Source: a virus (Duplodnaviria; Heunggongvirae; Uroviricota; Caudoviricetes). Taken from it: a stretch of 39,391 nt of DNA. Shown one piece after another: positions 7,543 through 16,286 of the stretch. The translations under genes and the position numbers were made by a program. Numbering within the stretch: the stretch's first letter is position 1; each line of letters begins with the position of its first letter. The stretch is taken from IMG/VR virus record IMGVR_UViG_2778261394_000008, positions 1-39,391 of that record; one strand, 5' to 3'. The notes under the pieces are model-generated. The model saw only the letters and a list, made by a program, of their open reading frames with translations. It did not search any database and was not told where the DNA came from.

Positions 7543-7854
7543 ATGCTTAACATTAGCAGCACTCAAAAATTAGTCAACCCTTCAGATCCTGTTGGACAAA
7601 TTCCGGTCGAACAGTGGTACAGAAGAACGTACGTGGTTTCAGAGTACGCCCGCACTTATACCGAGACAATTATCGGAAAGGCCAAATGCCCCTGTTCCGC
7701 AGCTGTGAATGGTGCGATGGCAATACGTAACGCCAATCCTTCGGTTTTATCCATCCGTTTTATAAGTATTGAGCAGCTTTCTCCTGAAGAAGGAGAGGCC
7801 AGCGAGCGCGCCCTTGACGCCTGGTTTGAGAAACATCCTGAGGAGATTGAATGA
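7543..7854 (+). CDS. Hypothetical protein (103 aa)
   Basis: AAGGA SD 9 nt upstream of ATG; stop overlaps the start of the Rha-family gene (ATGA). Confidence 0.5.
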   Translation: MLNISSTQKLVNPSDPVGQIPVEQWYRRTYVVSEYARTYTETIIGKAKCPCSAAVNGAMAIRNANPSVLSIRFISIEQLSPEEGEASERALDAWFEKHPEEIE

Positions 7855-8561
7855 TGAACACCGCAATTTTTAACGACAAAGTATCCATGACCAGCGTTGA
7901 AATCGCAGAGCTGGTTGGAAGTCAACACGGCAATGTCAGAATATCAATAGAGCGTCTGGCAAAACGCGGGGTGATTCAACTTCCTGCAATGCAAAAAGTT
8001 GAGAACGAACAATCATTTAGCCAAAACAAATTCACAAACGCATATATTTTCGAAGGCGAACAAGGCAAACGCGACAGCATCATTGTCGTCGCACAACTTT
8101 GCCCGGAATTCACTGCCCGCCTGGTAGATCGTTGGCGCGAACTGGAAGAGCAGGTGCGCAAACCAATGAGCGAAATCGAAATGGTTGCCGCGATGGCTCT
8201 TGAAGCAGTTCGTCAGCAAAAACGCCTCGACAAGATGGAAGAAAAAGTTAGCCACGTTGCCGAAACTGTCGAACAAATCAAAAGAGGCACCATACGCGAT
8301 GGTTATGCAGGATACCGTCAGCTGGTGGCGAAAACAGGTATGTCAGATGCGAAATGCCGCAATCTGGTGAACGCATATCAGATCCCTACCGACACCCATG
8401 AATTTATGACGCCGGACGGATTATTGTCTCGTCGCGCGATTGTTGCAGTAGAACCCTTCATGTTTGCTTTTCATCGCATGATGAGTGAAGCAGAACCACG
8501 AGGTACTCGCTGGTATCACCCGAAAATGGGCCTGTTTCAGGCGCTGGGCTGGCAGGTGTAA
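7851..8561 (+). CDS. Rha-family phage regulatory protein
   Basis: 236 aa; N-terminal segment TSVEIAELVGSQHGNVRISIERL matches the Phage_pRha pattern. Confidence 0.7.
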   Translation: MMNTAIFNDKVSMTSVEIAELVGSQHGNVRISIERLAKRGVIQLPAMQKVENEQSFSQNKFTNAYIFEGEQGKRDSIIVVAQLCPEFTARLVDRWRELEEQVRKPMSEIEMVAAMALEAVRQQKRLDKMEEKVSHVAETVEQIKRGTIRDGYAGYRQLVAKTGMSDAKCRNLVNAYQIPTDTHEFMTPDGLLSRRAIVAVEPFMFAFHRMMSEAEPRGTRWYHPKMGLFQALGWQV

Positions 8562-8580
8562 TTATGCTCACAGGTAACAC

Positions 8581-8757
8581 ATGCAAGTACTCAATCGCTG
8601 GTTCCGCGATGGCAGAGGGCGTCGCGTCCACGTTATACGCTGGGAGTCTGAAACACAGCGGGTCATTTACCTGCGTGATGGTTATTCGCATGAATGCTTC
8701 AGTCCGTTGTGGTTGTTTCGTCGTGATTTTGTGGAGTGTGAAGCGCCGCCAGAGTGA
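8581..8757 (+). CDS. Hypothetical small protein (58 aa)
   Basis: Not in the ORF track as such (lies in the 5' part of the 507-aa track ORF's region but in another frame); weak SD. Confidence 0.3.
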   Translation: MQVLNRWFRDGRGRRVHVIRWESETQRVIYLRDGYSHECFSPLWLFRRDFVECEAPPE

Positions 8758-8775
8758 CGGCGTAATGGTGGAAAC

Positions 8776-9084
8776 TTACACGAAGCGGATCTGGAGTTTT
8801 TTTCCTGTTGCGCGGGCAAATTTTTTCAGTGTGGAAAATGATGGTCCACTGACACCTGACGCCAGATTACTTTCCATTCTGCTGATGACAGTTGCTTTGG
8901 TTCCCATACGCTCAGCGATCTCAGCCTGGGTTAAACCAGCTTCTTTACGTGCTGCCAGCATTTCATCAAGCAGCGCAAATTCGTCGGCGATGGCGTCGTA
9001 TTCTGCTTTAAAAGCTGGATCCTTCATCCATTTATCAGCCATTTCATCATGTGTAATGGTTAGCGGATTACGTTTACCAGTCAT
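8776..9084 (-). CDS. HTH-type antitoxin (HigA-like, XRE family)
   Basis: 102 aa; HTH (GLTQAEIAERMGTKATVISRME); immediately downstream of, and overlapping, a RelE/ParE-superfamily toxin gene. Confidence 0.8.
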   Translation of the reverse strand: MTGKRNPLTITHDEMADKWMKDPAFKAEYDAIADEFALLDEMLAARKEAGLTQAEIAERMGTKATVISRMESNLASGVSGPSFSTLKKFARATGKKLQIRFV

Positions 9085-9403
9085 GCTTTACCTCCTTCAT
9101 TCTGGTTTCAGCTTTTTGGCGTTCGGCTGGTGGGGTTTTCTGAGTCTTCTTGATGAAACTATGCAGCATGATGATGCGTTTTCCTGCCAGGGTGCAGTAA
9201 AAGACGCGTGCGATGCCATCACTACCTTTAATCCGAAGCTCGAAAAGCCCGTTACCGAAAGCACTGGTATGAGGTTCTCCGAGATTGCTGCCGTATACCT
9301 TCATGCGTTCAACAAGATGCTGGTATCGGGCACGCATACTCAATGGAAGCTGGTCGACCTCCAGCCTGACCTCTTCACTGTAGTATTCGATAGTGTAGTT
9401 CAT
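9074..9403 (-). CDS. RelE/ParE-superfamily toxin (HigB-like / phage Gp49-like)
   Basis: 109 aa; toxin gene precedes the antitoxin (HigBA order); overlaps the antitoxin start by 11 nt. Confidence 0.8.
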   Translation of the reverse strand: MNYTIEYYSEEVRLEVDQLPLSMRARYQHLVERMKVYGSNLGEPHTSAFGNGLFELRIKGSDGIARVFYCTLAGKRIIMLHSFIKKTQKTPPAERQKAETRMKEVKHDW

Positions 9404-9409
9404 GAGTTA

Positions 9410-9433
9410 AAACATAACAAAATGGTTATGTTT
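9410..9433. promoter_or_regulatory. Perfect palindrome AAACATAAC-N6-GTTATGTTT in the toxin 5' leader, candidate TA operator
   Basis: 9-bp arms with 6-bp spacer, 7 nt upstream of the toxin ATG; read directly from the sequence. Confidence 0.5.
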
Positions 9434-10087
9434 GCACAATATATTGATTCTGCAATTTCGGGACGTTACACTGTTCCAGCACCTTATAAAGCGGGTGCCG
9501 GGCGTGGAAACCCGAAATTCAATATAGAGCACAACCGCGCTCATGCGGTTTTTTCGTGTCATGAGCATTGCTACGCCCAAATTATGGTGGGGCGTGCAGG
9601 GCCAACTTCGGTTGGGCCGGGTTCTATGTTGACCGGTATTTCCACCCCTGTACGTCTCACCACCTATATGGTCGTGGAAAGCCTTGGTGGTGAGTTCTTT
9701 GAATTCAACATAGGGGCTGTCACCATGACTACCACCACTACCCACCCATTCCTCAAAATTGAGATTATTAACGGTAAGACCGTTATTTTCTCTTTGCATG
9801 TAGCCTGCCATTTCAAGCGCATGCACCAGAACATCGTCGACAAAATCGAGTATCTGAACTGCTCACGCGAGTTTTTTACCCGCAATTTCATACCGGGTAC
9901 TTATCACATCTATGGTGACTCCCTGCGTGGTTATTACATCACCCTTGATGGCCTGATGATGCTTCAGCTTGGGTTAAGTCTGCGCACAATGCGGTACTAC
10001 GAGAGCTGCATTGAAGCATTCCATGAAACTGAAGCCAGTCTCAGTCACACCGCTTTCCGCCGTAATCAATGGGAGGTGCGCCCATGA
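9422..10087 (+). CDS. Hypothetical protein (221 aa; start uncertain)
   Basis: 3' portion of the 507-aa track ORF that does not overlap the antisense TA genes; codon usage looks coding; stop overlaps the start of the next ORF (ATGA at 10084-10087) with GGGAGGTG SD. Confidence 0.4.
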   Translation: MVMFAQYIDSAISGRYTVPAPYKAGAGRGNPKFNIEHNRAHAVFSCHEHCYAQIMVGRAGPTSVGPGSMLTGISTPVRLTTYMVVESLGGEFFEFNIGAVTMTTTTTHPFLKIEIINGKTVIFSLHVACHFKRMHQNIVDKIEYLNCSREFFTRNFIPGTYHIYGDSLRGYYITLDGLMMLQLGLSLRTMRYYESCIEAFHETEASLSHTAFRRNQWEVRP

Positions 10088-10308
10088 TTCGCCGCGTCGT
10101 TAATTCCCTGTATCACCGATACAACCGTTGCCCCCGTGTGGGGCAGTGGTTTGCCACCAGCAACGGTCACGTTCTGCGGGTTTGTCTGGTCAGCACCGAA
10201 AACCAGAAAGTTGTGTGTGAATTACTGGGGCGTAACTACACCATTAGCTACCCACTGGCGGTGTTTCAGTCCGGAAAAATGTTTAAACGCCTGGGAGGTG
10301 CCGTGTGA
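10084..10308 (+). CDS. Hypothetical small protein (74 aa)
   Basis: Strong SD (GGGAGGTG) 5 nt upstream; translationally coupled to both flanking genes. Confidence 0.45.
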   Translation: MIRRVVNSLYHRYNRCPRVGQWFATSNGHVLRVCLVSTENQKVVCELLGRNYTISYPLAVFQSGKMFKRLGGAV

Positions 10309-11231
10309 GTAGCAAAATTCTCGGTAACGTCTGGGATGCATGTGCCGCGTATGGAGTCAAAGGTGCAAAGCTGATGATCATGGCGCGTCTGGCTGATTAT
10401 TCGAATGATGACGGGGTGTGTTATCCCGGTGTTGAAACAATATGCCGACAGCTTGGGTTGGGAGAAAGCACAGTAAGAACGGCAATTTCAGAGCTGGAGG
10501 CTGATGGCTGGCTGACGCGTCAGTCACGTCGCAAAGGTAATCGTAATACGTCCAATCTTTATCATCTGAATGCTGATCGGCTTGAACAGCTTGCCAGAAC
10601 GGAGCGGGATAAGGTCGCTGAACTGAAACAGCAACGCAGACTTTCAGTATTACGTGACCCGTCAGAATCTGAACCTTCAAAATCTGACCCGTCAGAATCT
10701 GAATGTTCAGGTGTGTTTGACCCTTCAGATTCTGGCAAAAAAACGGTTTTGACCCTTCAAAATCTGGCCCCAGATCCACAAGGTTTAAAACATGATCCGC
10801 AAGTAAATTCAAAACATGATCCGCAAGATATTGGCGCATCCGCTGACGCGTCTGCACCAGCGCGCTCAGCCCGACAGGAATATTCACCGGAATTTGAACA
10901 GGCCTGGCAGGAATATCCCAAACGTGCTGGTGGTAATTCCAAGTCGGCAGCCTTCAAAGCCTGGAAAGCCCGTCTCAGGGAGGGAATAAAACCGGAGATC
11001 ATGCTTGATGGTGTGAGACGTTATGCCGCCTGGGTACGTGCTACAGGAAATACCGGCACACAGTTCGTGAAGCAGGCTGCGACGTTCTTTGGACCCGATC
11101 GTCACTTCGAAGATTTCTGGCAACAGCCAGCCGCTCCCGGAGGTGGGCGACAGCGACAGGTCGATGTCCTGTCTGGCCTTGGTGCCATGTCTGACAAATT
11201 CGGTAAATCCAGTGACAAATTGACATTCTGA
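10305..11231 (+). CDS. Replication initiator (lambda O-like role; N-terminal winged-HTH, iterons inside the gene)
   Basis: 308 aa, GTG start overlapping the previous stop; N-terminal HTH-like region; a direct-repeat iteron array lies inside the coding sequence, as in lambda O; followed by DnaC-like and DnaB-like genes. Confidence 0.65.
   Translation: MSSKILGNVWDACAAYGVKGAKLMIMARLADYSNDDGVCYPGVETICRQLGLGESTVRTAISELEADGWLTRQSRRKGNRNTSNLYHLNADRLEQLARTERDKVAELKQQRRLSVLRDPSESEPSKSDPSESECSGVFDPSDSGKKTVLTLQNLAPDPQGLKHDPQVNSKHDPQDIGASADASAPARSARQEYSPEFEQAWQEYPKRAGGNSKSAAFKAWKARLREGIKPEIMLDGVRRYAAWVRATGNTGTQFVKQAATFFGPDRHFEDFWQQPAAPGGGRQRQVDVLSGLGAMSDKFGKSSDKLTF
10655..10827. repeat. Putative replication origin: iteron array plus downstream direct repeats
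   Basis: tgacccgtcagaatctgaa x2 (10655, 10685), tgacccttcagattctgg (10718), tgacccttcaaaatctgg (10750), spaced ~30-33 bp; then aaaacatgatccgcaag x2 (10788, 10811). Confidence 0.65.
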
Positions 11232-11241
11232 GGTGACAGCG

Positions 11242-12120
11242 ATGATGACGTTTAACCTGCGTGAACAACAAACAAGACTACAGGCGCGAATGGATGAGTT
11301 ACGGGCAGAGATTGCATTTGCTCAGAAGGGCGAAAAGCCATGGCCTTATCGTTCCTGCCTGATGCGTGAAGGTCGCGGGTATTGCGAAAAACACGGTAAA
11401 TACCATACGCATATACTGGTGTGGAGCGATCGCAATGGCGAGGACAGAGAAAAAATTTCATGCTGCCCTGACTGCTTGATCGCTGAGGCCAACGATTTGA
11501 CCATGGAGCTGTCGTCCCTCAAGGCGGAAGAGCTGACTGATAACGCCGGAATTGCCCTGCGTTTTCGGGACTGTGAGTTTGATAACTATCTGGAGGTTAA
11601 TCCTGACGCAGCCAGAAATCTTGCAGCCTGTCGCCGCTATGCGGAGAACTGGCCAGATATACTGGAGAACGGCACCAGTCTTGTTATGACTGGCAGTTGC
11701 GGTACCGGGAAAAATCATCTGGCGGTATCAATGGCAAAACACATCATCCGTAATCATCTGGCCAGCGTGGAGATCACCGACGTGATGCGCCTTACCCGTG
11801 CTGTGAAAAACTGCTGGCGGAATGACAGCGAAAAAACAGCGGATGAAGTTATTGAGCATTATGCGTCAATGGATTTGCTGATCATCGACGAAGTTGGTGT
11901 TCAGTTTGGCAGCGCGGCTGAAATGGCTATTTTGCAGGAAATTATCAATGCCCGGTACGAAAGTATCCTGCCCACCATCCTGATCAGCAACCTTTCACCG
12001 GAAGAGTTGTGGGCGTTCATCAGCCCCCGCATTGCCGACAGGATCACAGACGGGGGGCGCAACTGGTTGTCGTTCAACTGGCCCAGCTACCGTTCTCGTA
12101 TCAGAGATGTGGCTGCATGA
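11242..12120 (+). CDS. DnaC-like helicase loader / IstB-like AAA+ ATPase
   Basis: Walker A GSCGTGKNHL and Walker B LLIIDEVG; GAGGTG SD. Confidence 0.85.
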   Translation: MMTFNLREQQTRLQARMDELRAEIAFAQKGEKPWPYRSCLMREGRGYCEKHGKYHTHILVWSDRNGEDREKISCCPDCLIAEANDLTMELSSLKAEELTDNAGIALRFRDCEFDNYLEVNPDAARNLAACRRYAENWPDILENGTSLVMTGSCGTGKNHLAVSMAKHIIRNHLASVEITDVMRLTRAVKNCWRNDSEKTADEVIEHYASMDLLIIDEVGVQFGSAAEMAILQEIINARYESILPTILISNLSPEELWAFISPRIADRITDGGRNWLSFNWPSYRSRIRDVAA

Positions 12121-13508
12121 CAACACCAGTCTGGCGTAACGATGACCTGGAAGGCGCTGTCATTGGCGCGTTCTTTCTGCGTGGGGCAGATCCTGAAGTG
12201 ATGGATATTCTGGCCACACTACCTGCGGACGTTTTTTCTGTACGAGCGTATCGGGATATCTACACAGGCATCTGCAGACAGGCCCGTGTTTCAGGCGTGA
12301 TTGACCCTGTGCTGTTGTGTAATGAGATGCCGGAACTTGCCCCGGTGATTACTGATACCGGGCGCAAAACCTGGGTGAAGTCTTCACTGGAGCACTATGT
12401 TGCAGCGTTGCGGCGCAATGCCGCATTGCGCGATGCAGAAAAAACGCTGAATGAGGCGCTGCAGAAATTACGTGATGCGCATACCTGTGAAGCGGCTGAA
12501 GATGCTCTGAAGGATGCGCAGAACATGATGGCCTCATTGTCGACGGAAAAGGGCGCTATTCAGCCGGTACATATTGATGATGTGCTTCCGGAAGTGGTTG
12601 AGCGTGTTGAATGCCGGAATCAGGGACTGGAGAAATCCAGGACGTTGATGACCGGTATTGATGAACTGGACGCAAAAACAGGTGGCATGGATCCCGGCGA
12701 CCTGGTATTTATTGCGGCTCGTCCGTCAATGGGCAAAACCGAACTGGCGCTGGATATCATCGACAAGGTGACTGAGCAGGGGCATGGTGTTCTTCTGTTC
12801 ACAATGGAAATGGCGAACATCCAGATTGGTGAACGCATGGTATCTGCGGCTGGAGGAATGCCGGTATCACGCCTGAAATCTGTCACTCACTTTGAAGACG
12901 AAGATTGGGCACGTTTCTCACAAGGAGTGGGGCGGATGACCGGGCGCAATATCTGGATGGTGGACCAGGCGAACCTGACCATTGATGAGATATGCGCAAC
13001 AACGAAACATCACCTGATTAAACATCCGGAAACGGCGCTGGTGGTGGTTGATTATCTCGGGCTGATAAAAACCCGAACCACGGGGCGTCATGACCTTGCC
13101 GTGGGTGAAATCTCAAAGGGGCTTAAAGGCCTGGCAAAATCCGGTGGTTTTCCGTTGATTGCGCTGAGCCAGCTTTCCCGTGGTGTGGAGTCCAGGCCCA
13201 ATAAACGCCCTATGAACTCAGACCTGAAAAATTCCGGAGAAATAGAGGCGGATGCAGACATCATTCTGATGCTTTACAGGGATGAAGTGTACAACCCGGA
13301 TACGCAGGCCAGAGGCATTGCAGAAATCAATATCACGAAACAACGTAACGGTTCTCTGGGGACGATTTACCGGCGTTTTTATAACGGACATTTTCTGCCC
13401 GTAGACCAGGAAAGCGCACAGATTCTTTCCACCCCAATGCAGCAGCCCCAGCCGCGCAGATACAGCAATAAGCGAACCGACAGCAGTAAGATGGAGCGTT
13501 TCTTTTGA
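12117..13508 (+). CDS. DnaB-family replicative helicase
   Basis: 463 aa from ATG at 12117 (ATGA overlap with the upstream stop); Walker A ARPSMGKT, Walker B VVVDYLG; DnaB-like C-terminal RecA fold motifs. Confidence 0.9.
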   Translation: MTTPVWRNDDLEGAVIGAFFLRGADPEVMDILATLPADVFSVRAYRDIYTGICRQARVSGVIDPVLLCNEMPELAPVITDTGRKTWVKSSLEHYVAALRRNAALRDAEKTLNEALQKLRDAHTCEAAEDALKDAQNMMASLSTEKGAIQPVHIDDVLPEVVERVECRNQGLEKSRTLMTGIDELDAKTGGMDPGDLVFIAARPSMGKTELALDIIDKVTEQGHGVLLFTMEMANIQIGERMVSAAGGMPVSRLKSVTHFEDEDWARFSQGVGRMTGRNIWMVDQANLTIDEICATTKHHLIKHPETALVVVDYLGLIKTRTTGRHDLAVGEISKGLKGLAKSGGFPLIALSQLSRGVESRPNKRPMNSDLKNSGEIEADADIILMLYRDEVYNPDTQARGIAEINITKQRNGSLGTIYRRFYNGHFLPVDQESAQILSTPMQQPQPRRYSNKRTDSSKMERFF

Positions 13509-13519
13509 ACAACCAGACC

Positions 13520-13762
13520 ATGACTTTTACGCCTGAACAATTACGTAAACAGGCACAGGAAATGTTACGACAGGCGGAACAACTGGAAAAGACAGGCGTA
13601 ACAAAAGATGCCATTCGTAAGGATATGGTGCCAGCGCTCAGGGAACTGATGCAGGCGAAACACCGCGCACAAAAAGCAGTGGATGAGCTGGTGGATTGTG
13701 TGGCAGAGCTGGAAACCAAAGTTGGAAAGTTTGAAAAACTGGTGCAGGAGGTACTGCGCTGA
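13520..13762 (+). CDS. Hypothetical coiled-coil protein (80 aa)
   Basis: Charged helical ORF between the helicase gene and Q; alternative TTG start at 13505. Confidence 0.45.
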   Translation: MTFTPEQLRKQAQEMLRQAEQLEKTGVTKDAIRKDMVPALRELMQAKHRAQKAVDELVDCVAELETKVGKFEKLVQEVLR

Positions 13763-14145
13763 TGCGTGATATTCAGATGGTTCTTGAGCGTTGGGGAGCG
13801 TGGGCGGCTAATAATCATGAAGATGTGACCTGGTCGTCCGTTGCCGCCGGTTTTAAGGGATTAATTCCTTCAAAAGTAAGATCTCGTCCGCAATGCTGTG
13901 ACGATGACGCGATGATCATTTGTGGATGTATGGCCTGTCTGAAAAAGAGCAACAATGGCTTACATGATTTGCTGGTGGATTATTATGTTGGTGGGATGAC
14001 GTTTATGATGCTGGCGCGGAAGCATAATTGCTCTGATGGGTATATCGGGAAAAGGTTACAGAAAGCAGAGGGAATAATCGAAGGTATGTTAATGGCATTA
14101 GACATTTGCTTAGAGATGGATATTGATGTTACTAAGCTTAATTAA
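13762..14145 (+). CDS. Late-gene antiterminator Q (small Q family as in DLP12-type prophages, recalled similarity)
   Basis: 127 aa, Cys-rich ([15 protein letters not shown]); positioned after the replication genes and before the late region. Confidence 0.7.
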   Translation: MRDIQMVLERWGAWAANNHEDVTWSSVAAGFKGLIPSKVRSRPQCCDDDAMIICGCMACLKKSNNGLHDLLVDYYVGGMTFMMLARKHNCSDGYIGKRLQKAEGIIEGMLMALDICLEMDIDVTKLN

Positions 14146-14149
14146 TACG

Positions 14150-14325
14150 ATTATTTTTTAATAAAAAATGGGGCGTAAAAACACCCCCAAGATAAAGGGT
14201 AATATATAACAGAAAGTTTAGATAGTAAGAAGCAGGGCTCTAATGCTTCTTAAAGAAGTGGCTTGAGGGAGCCACTTATATGCTGAGAAGATAAAACCTT
14301 CTCAGCATATCCTTTATTAACCAGA
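14150..14325 (-). ncRNA. Candidate IpeX-like structured RNA / terminator cluster in the porin 3' region
   Basis: Three consecutive hairpins between convergent Q and porin genes (14227-14251, 14258-14275, 14280-14308, the last with an 11-bp perfect stem); an sRNA in the nmpC 3' region is known in the DLP12 prophage. Confidence 0.3.
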
Positions 14326-15432
14326 TTAGAACTGGTATACCATACCTACAGCAACGATATCGTCAGTGTTTACACCAAGAGCTTTAGTAAAGTCATTTTT
14401 GTCAAGCAGGTTGATTTTGTAATCAACGAAGGTAGACATATTTTTGTTGAAATAATAAGTTGCGCCAACATCAACATATTTGACTAAATCCTGGTCACCA
14501 AAAATGCCAAGATCTTTACCTTTTGATTGCAGATAAGCAACAGACGGACGCAGACCGAAATCGAACTGATATTGTGCAACAGCTTCGAAGTTTTGTGCTT
14601 TATTAGCCACAAAGTAATCTGCGAATTTAGTCATATTCTGGGTTTCTGAATAGGTTGTTGCCAGATAAACGTTGTTTGCGTCGTATTTCAGACCTGCAGC
14701 CCAGACTTCTGCATTTTCGCCGGAAGCAAATACTCCTGGGAGAAGTTTACCCAATTTGACTTGAGTGTCGGTACGATCAGATTTCGCATACGTTGCACCA
14801 ATGCCGAAACCTTCGTATTCATAGGTCGCAGAGAAACCAAAACCATCGCCATTGCCTTTGGTGTAGTTATCTAAGCTACTACGATCATGATTATTCTTAC
14901 CCTGGTACTGTGCAGCAAAATTCAGACCATCAACCAGACCAAAGAAGTCGTTGTTACGATAAGTTGCAACACCAGTGGTGCGACCAGTCATGAATACATC
15001 TGTTTGGGTCCAGGTATCTCCACCGAATTCTGGCAGAACGTCAGTCCATGCACCGATATCGTATGCTACACCGTAGTTACGACCGTAATCGACGGAGCCG
15101 TAGTCACCGAATTTAAGCCCTGCAAATGCAAGACGGGTTTTATCTTTGGCTGCTCCCTGTTCTTCAGTACGGTTTCCTTTGAATTCATATTCCCACTGAC
15201 CGAAACCAGTCAGTTGATCGTTGATCTGAGTTTCGCCTTTGAAACCCAGACGAGCATAAGTTGTGTCGCCATCATTTGCATCGTTAGAGGAGAAGTAGTG
15301 CTTAGCATTAACTTTTCCGTACAGATCCAACTTGTTGCTGTCTTTATTATAAATCTCTGCTGCCTGAGCAGACATCGCCATCAGTACTGATGCAGCCACA
15401 GCAGAAATTGCCACCGTTAATTTTTTCATCAC
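14326..15432 (-). CDS. nmpC: OmpC/OmpF-family general porin (NmpC/Lc-type prophage porin)
   Basis: 368 aa; signal peptide ending [10 protein letters not shown]; porin signatures throughout and C-terminal aromatic residue (VYQF); encoded antisense to the late operon between Q and the lysis genes. Confidence 0.9.
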   Translation of the reverse strand: MMKKLTVAISAVAASVLMAMSAQAAEIYNKDSNKLDLYGKVNAKHYFSSNDANDGDTTYARLGFKGETQINDQLTGFGQWEYEFKGNRTEEQGAAKDKTRLAFAGLKFGDYGSVDYGRNYGVAYDIGAWTDVLPEFGGDTWTQTDVFMTGRTTGVATYRNNDFFGLVDGLNFAAQYQGKNNHDRSSLDNYTKGNGDGFGFSATYEYEGFGIGATYAKSDRTDTQVKLGKLLPGVFASGENAEVWAAGLKYDANNVYLATTYSETQNMTKFADYFVANKAQNFEAVAQYQFDFGLRPSVAYLQSKGKDLGIFGDQDLVKYVDVGATYYFNKNMSTFVDYKINLLDKNDFTKALGVNTDDIVAVGMVYQF

Positions 15433-15938
15433 GAACCCTTTTTTTTGAACTATTTTTAAAAAATGATGTCACTGCGCGATAAATATTCATCTAATCAATG
15501 TGGTTATTTCAAGAGGCAAGTTTAATTTAGTGATTGATAATATGATCAAGATCTCATTTATGCGCGTTGGTGTAATTTGTCGATATTTTTGTGTAATGCG
15601 GAATTTAATTAATGAAATACATTATTTACTCATTTTTCATTGAAAAATAACAATGATGCATTTGGTGTAATATGTGTTATTCGCATGTTTGGTTTTGTTA
15701 TAGAGCATTAACATTTGAGTGGCGTATTTGTGGTTTACGTACGTAAAAATTCAATTATGATGTTAAGAGTGGTTGCTTCGACTCCTTCCTTAAAACCGCC
15801 GTCGGGCTGTTTTTTGTACCCGAAAAACGGCACAGGACGTTAAACGTGCTGGTGGTTACGAATACCGGTCTTTCAGCTTGCTGGCTTTTTCGACAAGAGT
15901 TATTGGTATGTCACGTTAACCGGAAAAGGGAAAAAGAC

Positions 15939-16136
15939 ATGCTAAAACAGCAGGATATGACCGAAACCGCCAGAGTGGTGTTTAATGAATTAAGCGTCAC
16001 CGAACCGGCGACCGTCGGGGAAATTGCGCAGAATACTTACCTTTCACGCGAACGCTGCCAGTTAATACTGACCCAGCTTGTTATGGCGGGTCTGGCAGAT
16101 TATCAGTTCGGTTGTTACAGACGCCTTCCTCAGTGA
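15939..16136 (+). CDS. Hypothetical small protein (65 aa), possible winged-helix fold
   Basis: Internal ATG of track ORF 15846-16136; immediately upstream of the methyltransferase gene. Confidence 0.4.
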   Translation: MLKQQDMTETARVVFNELSVTEPATVGEIAQNTYLSRERCQLILTQLVMAGLADYQFGCYRRLPQ

Positions 16137-16286
16137 AGGCTTTTTAATTTGTGGTAATGGGCGGCTGGTGGGTGTTAGCGGCACCTGCCAGCCATCTGCT
16201 CATGCGTTGGGATCACAAGCAAACCTCAGGCCCATCTGCTTTGCGCAAAAGCGGTATGAGCCTATCAGAGAAGAGCTTATTGATCT

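Noticed and set aside
8564-10087. 507-aa plus-strand ORF in the supplied track
   Set aside because: As a single gene it would run antisense through both the HigA-like and HigB-like genes, which have strong family signatures. Only its 3' part (about 9422-10087) is kept as a possible gene; the 5' part is treated as a shadow ORF, and the small 8581-8757 ORF lies in a different frame.
10655-10767. Direct repeats considered as a possible CRISPR array or mobile-element terminal repeats
   Set aside because: Spacing and context (inside the initiator gene, next to helicase genes) fit replication-origin iterons as in lambda ori.
10378-11271. Several minus-strand ORFs (169, 81, 79 and 76 aa)
   Set aside because: Antisense to the replication initiator gene and iteron array; no SD; shadow ORFs.
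14793-15390. Plus-strand ORFs of 66 and 167 aa
   Set aside because: Antisense within the porin gene; shadow ORFs.
15433-15938. Attempt to pin down the Q-dependent late promoter, qut site and tR'
   Set aside because: I could not find a convincing -35/-10 pair with a following terminator by eye in this AT-rich region (nor at 14146-14325); left unannotated rather than guessed.
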